Source: Macrostomum hystrix
Taxonomy: Eukaryota; Animalia; Platyhelminthes
Assembly: GCA_950097015.1 (NCBI GenBank)
Contig: CATNEN010000028.1
Coordinates: 620,001 to 684,000, forward strand
Length of the DNA: 64,000 nucleotides
Direction: 5' to 3'
This document shows, one piece after another, positions 22,901 to 33,482 of the stretch. The translations under genes were made by a program, and so were the position numbers. The notes below the pieces were generated by a model that was not told the origin of the DNA, searched no databases, and saw nothing but the letters and a program-made list of their open reading frames with translations. Position 1 is the stretch's first letter. Every line of letters starts with the position of its first letter.

Positions 22901-25900
22901 GGCTGGCTGGGTGCACCAACCCCCACCTCAACTAGACTGAGGTTGAGGGGTTTGGGTGCGGCTGCACTGTTGCTGGCCGGTCGCGTGTTGACTGTCCGCC
23001 ACATGGTAGACTTTCACGAAAATCGGTCATTCGGTTTGGGAGCTGTCATGAAGTAGGCAGTGGGGATTTGAAATATCCCCGTGGACTTTCCCCAGGGGGG
23101 GAAATAACCTGGTCTTTCTACTGTCAATGTTTTCAATCCGGCCGAATCACACAAAATCTAGACCTACCTGGAGACTATCTTAGCCCTGCCTTGGGGTCGA
23201 TTAACCCCGCCAGAGTCTGGGCCGGCCAGCCTCTCTGAAGCTCGTCGCCTCCTGGACGCCGAGCACCACGGCCTCGCTGGCGTTAAAGAGCGGGTCCTTC
23301 AATTCCTAGCAGTCCGACGCCTCCGACCGAGTCTTCGGCCGCCGCTGCTGTGCCTAGTGGCTCCTCCCGGCTGCGGCAAGACCTCCATAGCCGGCAGTCT
23401 GGCCCGCTGTCTCGGCCGACCGTTGCAAAGAATCGCCCTAGGCGGCGTGGCCGATCCGGCCGAGCTGCGCGGGCATCGTCGAACCTACGTCGGCGCTATG
23501 CCCGGTCGACTGTTGGCCGCGATTCGCGCGGCTGGCGTTCGCGATCCCGTGCTGCTGTTGGACGAGCTGGACAAGCTTGGCCGGCGCGGTTTGCACGGCG
23601 ATCCGTCAGCTACGCTTCTGGAGGCTTTGGACGCTGAGCAGAATTCAGCATTTGTTGATCACTATCTGGGCGTGCCGTTCGACCTTAGCCAGGTGCTGTT
23701 TGTGGCCACGGCCAATACCGTCAATGCGATACCGTCAGCACTGTTAGATCGATTTGAGGTTGTGAACTTTGATCCTCTTATTCGGTCCGATAAGGTTTGT
23801 ACAGATGAAGTGAATTGGTCTTTCGATATTTACAGTCCTAGAGTACTGAGTATGATAGGTGTCTAGGGCCTAAGCGAATGTACATTAGTGGAGTGAGGTG
23901 GGTGTCTAGGCCCTAAGCTAATGTATACTGACGGAGTGAGGTGGGTGTCTATGGCCAATTTAAATACGCACAAGTAGATTTGCGTAGGTTATTAGGCAAA
24001 CGTACTTAAATATAGAGTGAGGTGGATGTCTAGGCGTATGTTCGCTAATTTAGGGAGGTGGATGTCTAGGTATCTTGCTATTATTTTACTGGCGGAGGTG
24101 GTTGGGTGTGTGGCTGCTAAGTTAGAATAGAATTACTCACTTTTTCCTTCCTAACTACAGGTCCGCATCGCAACAGACCACCTGCTGCCAAAGCAGCTTG
24201 GCCAGCACGGCCTCGAGCCTGGCTCCGTGTTGCTGCCTGACAATGAGCTGCTGCACGTCATCGACACCTACACCCGCGAGGCTGGGGTGCGCCAGCTCGA
24301 ACGTCGACTAGCTCGCCTTTGCCGGCACGCCGCTTTACTGGCAGCGGAAGCCGCAGGCGCCAGTCGGCCTCCCTCGCCAGTTCTGGTGGATCGTGATATG
24401 CTTATTCGAATATTTGAGGAGGCCGACGGTGCCGACTGTAGGCCGGTGCCGAGTCCCTACGAGCAGATGATCGCGGCCGGCCGGTCGGACGGCTTCGAGC
24501 CAGGCGTCTGTCCGGTTCTGGCCGTGACGCCGCACGGTGGCGAAGTCCTACTTCTGGAGTGCGGCTGGGCCGTGGAGTACGCGGCTGTTCATGAGTCGTC
24601 GAATGATGGCGAGGCCGAATTCTTGACCCCGATCTGCACGGGTCAGGTGGGTTGCTCACAGCTCGGATTCCATTTAATTTTAGAGCCCGAATTGTAACTT
24701 TTAACCCGTGATACTGAGTAAAATAGACTAAACTAGATTGTGAGTACACTAGACTATTGATTGTGAGTACACTAGTCCACCATTGATTGTGAGTACACTG
24801 GAATATTGATTATTGAGTACTTAAGTACAGCAATGATTGTGAGTGCAGTAGATTATTGGTTGTGAGTACACTAGCTATTGATTTTGAGCAAACTGGACCA
24901 CTGATTGTGAGTACACTGGAATATTGATTATTGAGTACTTAAGTACAGCAATGATTGTGAGTGCAGTAGATTATTGGTTGTGAGTACACTAGCTATTGAT
25001 TTTGAGCAAACTGGACCACTGATTGTGAGTACACTGGAATATTGATTATTGAGTACTTAAGTACAGCAATGATTGTGAGTGCAGTAGATTATTGGTTGTG
25101 AGTACACTAGCTATTGATTTTGAGCAAACTGGACCACTGATTGTGAGTACACTGGAATATTGATTATTGAGTACTTAAGTACAGCAATGATTGTGAGTGC
25201 AGTAGATTATTGGTTGTGAGTACACTAGCTATTGATTTTGAGCAAACTGGACCACTGATTGTGAGTACACTAGACCACTAATTAGGAGTGCACTAGAACA
25301 ACTCAGAGACAGTGAGTTAGCAAGAAATTGATTGACAGAAGGCTAGATAACAATGATCTCACTTAAAATGATCCGATGAAATTCAGGTTGGCGAAGTGAT
25401 GCGCGAATCGGTGATGCTGTGCATTTCCTGCGTCACAGCCAGGCTTGAATGCTCCATGCTGCACCAACCAGACCAGCAGCAACAGCAGCAGCAGCGGCAG
25501 TCGTCTGGACGGCGTCGGCGCCGACTGCACGTTCATTTCCCGTCTGGCGGCGTGCCAAAGGACGGCACCTCGGCAGGCCTGCCACTGGCCGTCGCTCTGA
25601 CCTCTCTGGCCACCGGTACACCGGTACGGCGCGGCGTGGCCCTCACCGGCGAGGTGACGCTTCGCGGCCGCGTGCTCGCTGTCGGTGGCGTGCCGGCTAA
25701 GCTGGAAGCGGCAGCCAGAGCCGGCCTGCACTCGGTGGTGCTGCCCTCGGCCAATCGGGCCGAAGCGCTGCGGGCCGCTCAGACTCTGGGCTTGGCTGGC
25801 CGACTGCGGCTGCACTGCGTCGAATCTGTGGACCAGGCGTTGGAGTTCGCTTTGGAATCAGGCAGCGATTGGGCCGCTGTGCAGACTGTCAAGGAGGCTG

Positions 25901-25944
25901 CGGTGATGGACGCCGGTGCCGCGATTGCTAGACCGAAGCTGTGA
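19981..25944 (+). CDS. LONP2: Peroxisomal Lon protease, about 879 aa. Exons 19981-20090, 20250-20334, 20907-21443, 21973-22203, 23162-23794, 24161-24646, 25387-25944
   Basis: N domain (VPVLLIG..ILP, GRIGTLCLV, LRGFARCRF); AAA+ LCLVAPPGCGKTS, ELRGHRRTYVGAMPGR, LLLDELDKL, FVDHYLGVPFDLSQVLFVATAN, LDRFE, YTREAGVRQLER; protease TGQ|VGEVMRES, HVHFPSGGVPKDGTSAG, ALTGEVTLRGRVLAVGGVPAK. The C-terminal PKL resembles a PTS1. All introns are GT-AG and phase-consistent. Confidence 0.92.
20385..20897. repeat. (CACT)n-type microsatellite with ccca/tgactaa variants filling LONP2 intron 2
   Basis: Direct periodicity of 4. Confidence 0.95.
21505..21915. repeat. Degenerate about 24-bp repeats (gagtccattagggatactatta) in LONP2 intron 3, in two clusters
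   Basis: Recurrent 'gtccattaggg' at about 21530-21640 and 21815-21905. Confidence 0.8.
22620..23130 (+). mobile_element. Short dispersed intronic element, interrupted by about 300 bp of other sequence (LONP2 intron 4)
   Basis: 5' part (22620-22710) matches the translin-intron copy; 3' part (23005-23125: ctttcacgaaaatcggtcattc...atttgaaatatcccc...ggtctttctac) matches the Argonaute and translin copies. Confidence 0.55.
24735..25300 (+). repeat. About 20-bp monomers (ttgattgtgagtacactag) organised as a 118-bp higher-order repeat x4 in LONP2 intron 6
   Basis: 'gattgtgagtacactggaat' recurs at 24785, 24903, 25021 and 25139. Confidence 0.9.
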
Positions 25945-25954
25945 CGCTTCGCAG

Positions 25955-26390
25955 TTAGGTCTAGAGTTGTGAGTACAGTTAGGTCTTGAGTTGTGAGTAC
26001 AGTTAGGTCTTGAGTTGTGAGTACAGTTAGGTCTTGAGTTGTGAGTACAATTAGGTCTTGAGTTGTGAGTACAATTAGGTCTTGAGTTGTGAGTACAGTT
26101 AGGTCTTGAGTTGTGAGTACAGTTAGGTCTTGAGTTGTGAGTACAGTTAGGTCTTGAGTTTTGAGTACAGTTAGGTCTTGAGTTGTGAGTTAGCTCTTGA
26201 GTTGTGAGTACAGTTAGGTCTTGAGTTGTGAGTTAGCTCTTGAGTTGTGAGTACAGTTAGGTCTTGAGTTGTGAGTTAGCTCTTGAGTTGTGAGTACAGT
26301 TAGGTCTTGAGTTGTGAGTACAGTTGAATCTTGAGCTGTGGCCTGTGAGTAGTACAGTTGGGTATTGAGCTGTGGGTACAGTTAGGTTTT
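25955..26390 (+). repeat. 24-bp minisatellite (cagttaggtcttgagttgtgagta), about 17 copies, starting about 10 bp after the LONP2 stop
   Basis: Direct periodicity. Confidence 0.95.
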
Positions 26391-27559
26391 TTGTCCTAGG
26401 ATAACTGTTTTCGAAGTTATTGACCACAAATGATTTTTAAATTCGAAGTAAATTTATATTTTCTATTGCTTCTCTCTGATCCTGTAAAGGCCCACGGTAT
26501 TATACAATTGTGATTGCTTACAAATTTGTAATATATAAATACTTAGCAAAATAATTTCACTAAGTAGGTTTTTTTATTTAAATATTTCTTTTCTACTTGA
26601 TTTGTTGACAATTTGTTTACAATAAAGTACACTCCCATAGCCTGTTCGTGTGGGTTATTAACGGAAAAGTTAATTAGTAATCTGGACTGCGCGAGTTTAA
26701 AACACTTTTAATTACGAGCCTGTGCCAATTTCGCTCCATTATTAGAATCAGACAGATTATGTTATCTTGATGTCTAACAGAATCAATAGAAACATAATTG
26801 CCGATTTTCAGCCTGACAGCTCAAAAGCCGCTAGTTTTCCTTTTATAGTTTGCGGCTCTCTTTGGCATATTCGATTTGTCTGTTGAAACAATTTTTGCGA
26901 CGCCTAGTAAGATAAAGAAGGATGGTGTACACCTGAGAGCACTTGTGCGGCAGTTACCTGCATGCTTTCGTCCTTGAGCACAGTTATAAATACACTCAAT
27001 GCCATGTTTTCAGTTTGCTGTCGTGATTCAGCAACGGCTGAATCAATCAGCTTCAAACAGAACTGTGCTATTCCAGGCTCGCATTCAGGCTCAACAAAAC
27101 GACTTGTAAAGGAGTGTCTGGTGTTTGTGGCTGCACAGTAGGATGGGTGTTGGCTGATAGGGGCATTGTCGTTTGACCATGTGCTGGAACGCTATTTACG
27201 ATTTTTTTCGTGCATAAATAACAGTCTATGGTAAAAACCTCGCTTACAATATTGGATTCAATACTTGGTTTTGAGTGCAATTGACACTTGAGCGAGAATA
27301 CCCAAATTTCGAGTACTGTAGTATTGCTTTTGTCGCACTATGTGGAACAGTGGACATGCAAAACGGAACGGCCCATGGAATTCTGTGGCAAAGCGTTTGA
27401 ATTCACACGAGAAAGTAAGCCATAGACAACTCAAATTGTCATGCTATGTGGAACGATGAGCCAGAATAGAAGGAACGATTTTAGCTTTTATTTGTAGAAA
27501 GAATAAAAGCAAGCAGAAGCAGAATTGCATTCAAATGAATCTTATTATAAGTCTGAAAT

Positions 27560-28163
27560 TGAAGCATCAGTTACAAAATTTGAACCCCTAAAACAGATGT
27601 CGCTGCAAACACAATCGAAACAATCGATTGCAGCGCAGCTCCCAGCCAGCGCACATGTCAGCAGTGATTGCTTAACCAACAGCTTCAGTCGCCTCTCGTT
27701 CAAGTAGCATGAATCTCCACTGCTCAAGTAACACTCCTTCTGGTGGAACTTGCTCATCCTCAACTATGCCGGCTTCCGCCAAACGGTTTTTGAGATTTGC
27801 AGAGTTAGTAAATTCGGTCGGGTTTAGAAATTGTGAATACGGGGGTAGGATTCGTGTCGTAATTCCTGTCCCGATGGTTCTCTCGGATCTCCACATTACG
27901 ATGAAAATTTGAGCCATCCATAATAATAATAATAATAATTGCAGGAGGGCTGCGGGCAATGGCACATCATTTAGTGACACTAGACCCGCAGCCAGCGAGG
28001 AGGCAATTCTGCCCATTTCGCTGACTCCTGAGCACACGCACTCAGATACTGTACGCAGGCATACGCTCACACAGGTGTGTACATCTGCCCTGACTTTCTC
28101 ATCGTCAGGCAGTGTACATTTCACTGTGCCTTGGAGGTTGGCCCTCAAGGGCGTAAATTGCAC
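27560..28163 (-). mobile_element. Internally deleted, degenerate IS630/Tc1-like transposase relic
   Basis: ILPPYSQFLNPTE resembles the DDE_3 motif LPPYSPxLNPIE; a downstream frame reads AITADMCAGW..., paralleling AITQQKCGAW in the element at 35.1-35.45 kb. No TIRs identified. Confidence 0.6.
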
Positions 28164-28209
28164 GACAAGCCCCCCAAGCCTTCTCTCCGCGGCTGCGCCC
28201 CAAATAAAT

Positions 28210-28289
28210 GTCTCGCCGTGGAATCGAACTTAGGGACCTTGGTGCGAGAGGCAAACGCGATAACCGCTCTGCCACCGACCCCCTGAGCC
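28210..28289 (-). mobile_element. tRNA-derived SINE-like head or tRNA pseudogene
   Basis: Minus strand GGCTCAGGGGGTCGGTGGCAGAGCGGTTATCGCGTTTGCCTCTCGCACCAAGGTCCCTAAGTTCGATTCCACGG has an A box (TGGCAGAGCGG) and a B box (GTTCGATTCC) at tRNA spacing, but the stems pair poorly. Confidence 0.6.
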
Positions 28290-30559
28290 ATCCATAAAAA
28301 TTATCCAGTTTCCGGTAGGGTCCAGTTGATGGCAGCGGTCTGCAAGGTAGTCTAAAAATTATTGAAACCTTTGCTGCGTTTGGCCAAGAAAATGAAAGCG
28401 TGTTGTCTCTGTGAAAAGCGAAAATCGTTCCTTCTATTCTGGCTCATCGTTCCACATAGCATGATCGTCAAAAATCGTAGTCTATTCTTCTGGTTTATAA
28501 ATAACACGAATAGATACTTGATTGTGCTCGCATTCAGAATTCAGAATATTTGTCATCATTTTTGCCCGTCTGTGGCACTAGAACTGTGAATAAATATAGA
28601 AATGAAAATATCGCCTTTGTAGGCTTAGACATTCTTTAATTGATTCGAAAACACCAACATCTTCGTATTGAGCAAAAAATATATTTAAATGCTCTTGACG
28701 CACTGAACAATAATATGCTTTGTAGATTTTGCTAGAGTCAGGGTGACAGGTTTTGCTCAATACCTAATTTTATTTTCGGTGATCATGCAACGAGCGGTTT
28801 CGAATAGATATTTTTTGATTAATTCGTCGCATCAAAGAACTCATATTTTTTGTAATTTGCTTTTGTAGGGAATTTATTGTTGTTTCAATGGTCTTACGTT
28901 TCTGATAGAATACAAAACACGGTGACTTAGGAAAATTTACTTGACTTAACTGCTGTGTGATCCAGATACATGGACAACTAGAGTATTTAGTGATATCCAT
29001 GTACATATCCGGATATCAACCACAGGTTCAAGATTATGTGCTCTTTGCTGTATCTCTTATCGCAACACAACAGCTTTAATCATCAACCCCTCTAGATAAT
29101 TGAATCCCAATAAAAACACAGTCACATGCGTTTAAGTTATGTTTGCCAATTTGGCAAGTAGAATCCTCACTAGACACTACATCTCGGCTGAAGTTTAATT
29201 GTAAATCACGAGTGCAATTGAAATGACAACTAACAAGCCGGGATAACTGGACGAACCGAATGAATTGAACCGCAAAAACAACCAAGACTTTAATGGGAGC
29301 CTCCGTACCTCCGGGAGGTTAAATATGATTGGCTGGAACAGAATGGGTGGCAGAGAGCGTTAGAGAAAAATAGGGTATGAGAAGTTTAAAACCCCCTAGG
29401 GGACGAAAACTGCATGGTTAATAGCGATCGATAAATAAAAGGGGAAGATAATTGAGGGGTTAGGCCAAACCAGGAGGTTAGGGTGGAATAGGAGCCGGGG
29501 ATAATCGACATAAGCTAAGGTTATAATATAAGCTGGCATACAACAGGGGGGCTAGTGAATGAAGGGCACACATCAATAATAAGATTGACTCATCAATACA
29601 ATACTCGTAAAGGGCAAACAAGCGCTGTACTAAGAAGCTAATAATGAGTCACGTGACTTTGGCTTTGGCAAACATTAAAAAAAATTGACTGAGTAATTAA
29701 CTTACTCGACAGAATTAATGTTTGAAAATAGTGCTCCCGTAGTTATTTACGGTCAGTATGTACTGTATCTAATGCTGTTTGTTGCTGACTCACTGTAATT
29801 GTAGGCCATGTGTTAAAGATTTCATTTTTCGACGTCAGAGGCGAGAAAACTTGATTTCTTTAAAGGCTCTAGGAAAATTGTTAAGTGCCTTTTAGAAGCC
29901 AAGCCTTCCATATTTTCCGAGCTCAGAACCAGAACTAAAGAAAGAAGTAAGAGTTGTTACACTCTTTTCAAAGCTGTTCACAGGTACTTTAAGACATGGG
30001 AGGCACTCGATCTACGAGCTTATACGAATGTCGAAAAAGGCCGTTTTAACGTTGCGATCTAGGATTCTGTGATTCTAGTTGGCAAAAATGTGTAGCAACG
30101 CCGGTTCCTAATTGAGAGACTTAGCGAGGATCCAGATCGCAAACCTTAACACAGTTACTTGCTTCTAAAAATAGCCAGCAGCAGCTCACAGATCCCCACT
30201 CGCAAATCCTGATCAAGTGAGTGTCCGGCGAAAGAGAAGGCGAAAACTTTTCAACGAAGAACGCTGATGTGTCTAACAATTTCTCCTATCCCTATCCGAG
30301 CTGCTCTGGCTAACAAGATTAACTAGCCCATGATAACAAGCTCACCAGGCGCAGATTAATCACTGGCTGTGCGTTAAATTAAGCACCTTCGTCTGGATCA
30401 AGCTAAATATAGAGTCTCGAGTGCCAGAAAAACACACGCTTACCAAAGGAGAAGACTTGTACTTATTTTGGAAACCCTTTGATTAGCCCAACAGTGCCAG
30501 CAGCAGAAACTTTTGAGTTAGTAAAAACTGTGGCCAGAGCAAACGGAAGTTTAGTGGTT

Positions 30560-30827
30560 TCTTAATAATATATTAAAGTTGAAATGTTTGCTCCCGAATG
30601 GCTTAACCGATTTTCATAATTCTTTCGCCAAAAGATTTCAAAGGGGCCCGAATCGGCACATGCATTTTTTAACGCTTAACTTTCTTTCTAAGGGACTGGC
30701 TATTCGAAAAACTGTTTTAGATAGGCTTTTCTAATGCATTGTTTTCAGCTTGCCAATTTTAATTATAAGCGAGCACACTGATAAAAACATAAGGGAGGCC
30801 ACACAGGGGGTGGCGTAAGCGAGCTAG
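30560..30827 (+). mobile_element. Non-autonomous Helitron-like element, followed directly by a second 5' end at 30828
   Basis: 5' TC-TTAATAATATATTAAAG...CCGAATGGCTTAACCGATTTTCAT; 3' short hairpin (GCCAC..GTGGC) then GAGCTAG|T. The second unit starts TCTAATATACTAAAA...GTTTGTTTG...CCCGAATGGCTT and repeats 'tattcgaaaaactgttttagatagg'. The resemblance to known Helitron ends is from recall. Confidence 0.45.
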
Positions 30828-31399
30828 TCTAATATACTAAAAATAGAAATCTTGCTTGTTTGTTTGCATCGACTATCTCCCGAATGGCTTTATAAAGCCT
30901 ATAACTTCATTGCAAAGCGGATTACATATTCGAAAAAAACTGTTTTAGATAGGTTTTTCTAATGCATTTCTTGTTCTTGCGCAATTTTATAAATTGCATT
31001 AGAGCCAGTTTTGATAACGCACTGATAATTTTTTTGCGTTTCCGCAATCGCTATTATATAAAAAAAACAAAAGAAAAGTTTAAGGGTACGTAACGGCCTT
31101 ATTACTTTTTTGAAGTAAGCGTTTTTTTGAGCAATGCACTAGCATTATTTTCTTCTTACGGATTTTGAGAGCATAAGATTTCCACAAAGGAAGACATAAA
31201 AGTAAATAATATCGGTTTATAACGTTATATCAGGTATTAGGTCAATGGCATGGAATTTATAAACAGAAACATTATATTTCCCGGAAAAAGCATGAGATTT
31301 CTAAGGGAAAGTATGAGATTTCCAGGGGATAGCATGAGGTTTACTGGAGAAAGCATGCGATCTCTAGGGGAAAGCATGAATCATCGCGGGAAACATGAA

Positions 31400-32185
31400 T
31401 TATCGAGCGGAAGCCAGGAATTATTTCTGGGAAACATGAATTATCGAGCGGAAGCCAGGAATTATTTCTGGGAAAGCATGAATTATCAAGGGGTTAGAAT
31501 AAATTATCGAGGGAGTAGAACGCATTATCGAGGTGGAAGCATGAATTTTCGAGAATGTTAGAAAATGAGAGAGTTGAAATTTCTCTTAAAATTTATCTAG
31601 GGGAAGCATGAATTATCGACGAAAAAGCAGGAAGTTTTGAGAGGAAAGCATAAATTATCGAGAGGAAAGCATAAATTATCAAGAGGAAAGCATACATTAT
31701 CGAGAGGTAGGCATAAATTATCGAGAGGTAAGCATAAATTATCAAGAGGAAAGCATGAATTAGCGAGGGGAAAGCATAAATTATGGAGAGGAAAGCATAA
31801 ATTATCGAGAGGTAGGCATAAATTATCGAGAGGAAAGCATAAATTATCAAGAGGAAAGCATGAATTAGCGAGGGGAAAGCATAAATTATGGAGAGGAAAG
31901 CATAAATTATCAAGAGGAAAGCATAAATTATCAAGAGGAAAGCATAAATTATCAAGAGGAAAGCATAAATTATCAAGAGGAAAGCATAAATTATCAAGAG
32001 GAAAGCATAAATTATCGAGAGGTAGGCATAAATTATCGAGAGGTAAGCATAAATTATCAAGAGGTAAGCATAAATTATCAAGAGGGAAGCATAAATTATC
32101 AAGAGGTAAGCATAAATTATCAAGAGGTAAGCATAAATTATCAAGAGGTAAGCATAAATTATCAAGAGGAAAGCATGAACTCTAG
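31400..32185. repeat. 21-bp minisatellite (aagcataaattatcaagagga) with degenerate 5' copies
   Basis: Direct periodicity; reads (RGKHKLS)n on + and (YAYLLII)n on -. Confidence 0.92.
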
Positions 32186-32430
32186 AAAAAAGATCAATAA
32201 GCCTCTCGGAGAGACGCCGCCGGTACACAGCGCGCCACACTAAACAGGGCTGGGCAAGGCCGACCCCAAGGGGGGGGGTAGGCGGCACCGCGACCAGGCA
32301 ACGTACATGCACCCCCTGCACCAATGCACAAGCCCCCAACCCCCCGGTTTAACCTCCAACCAAGCTACGCTCGGGCGGACCTAAATTATCTTGGGGTACG
32401 TAGCATGAATTAGCGAGGGGGTGCTCTGTG

Positions 32431-32830
32431 GCAGCGCTGTGGTGTTGAGGCAATCGATGCCATCACCCAGCAGAAGTGCAGTGCTTGGTTTCAGCACACC
32501 TGCGATTCATCCCTCCGTACTTGGCTAGAGAAAACATTTTGGTATAAATGTTGACTATCTTCGTCTTTGTGGTCCGACTTGTTTCACACGTTCGCGACTC
32601 TATCGTAGTGTCCCAGTTTGCATTGAATTCATTCAACAAAATGTTCGCGTTTAGTTCAAATGTTTGCTTAAGTTTGCTTATGCCGAAATTGATTGCCCGC
32701 TGTCGAATTTGAAAGCCCGTCTGTGCATTTTCTGGCCATAGACACCAATGGGAGGGGAAGGGAGACTGACACACAGACCCTTGCCGAAATTGAAAGCCCG
32801 CTGTCCAAAATTGAACGCAAAAAGCTATAG
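32431..32830 (+). mobile_element. Solo 3' fragment (transposase end plus right TIR) of the Tc1-like element at 34485-35731
   Basis: Near-identical to 35333-35731; ends ...aaaaagctatag followed by TA (32831-32832). Confidence 0.85.
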
Positions 32831-33482
32831 TATCGGACGTGAATTTCGATTTAAAACTTTAGCCGTTGGCTGTGATTCTGCCGCTGCTGTGTCAATATTT
32901 TCCAAAGCTGCACGCTATATGTTATTGATTAATGAGCTATTTTTGCCTAAAATGCCCACAAAATTCAATTAAGTGAGCAATAGTTTTGAATGCACGCAAG
33001 GCATCCAATTTGCTAATAGGATTAGAAAAGCGTAGATTAGTCCTGTATTGGCAAGATTTCGGAAACTGATAACTTAGCATGGAAGTGCAACAAAGAGCGC
33101 TCAGAATAGACGCTTCCTCGAACTGCGAAATCGTTAGATTCCATGAAGTTTTGTTCTATTTTTGTCACCATTCTAAAGCTCATTTAATGCTCCCAATAGA
33201 AGCATTTCTCCTCGAATTTATTTTATTAGTTGCTCAGTTGAGAGAGGGAAAACATAAGCGTCCGTTGGTATTTTTAATCGGTTTCCAGGAAAGAAGCATT
33301 GTTAAATGTTGCTTGAGAGCTGAGGCTGTGTTTTAGCCTGTGTTTGCTGCTGCAGCTACCAGTTATAAATATTAGAATTGATAAAGTTATTGAATTAGAG
33401 AGCGAAGCGAGAAATCGACTGTGCGGGGGGCAGAAGGTGAGAAAGCAAGCGCATCGTTGGAAGGGCCCGGCAGACGCAGCTT

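Noticed and set aside
28210-28289. Functional tRNA gene
   Set aside because: The acceptor and anticodon stems do not pair properly; kept only as a SINE-like or pseudo-tRNA feature.
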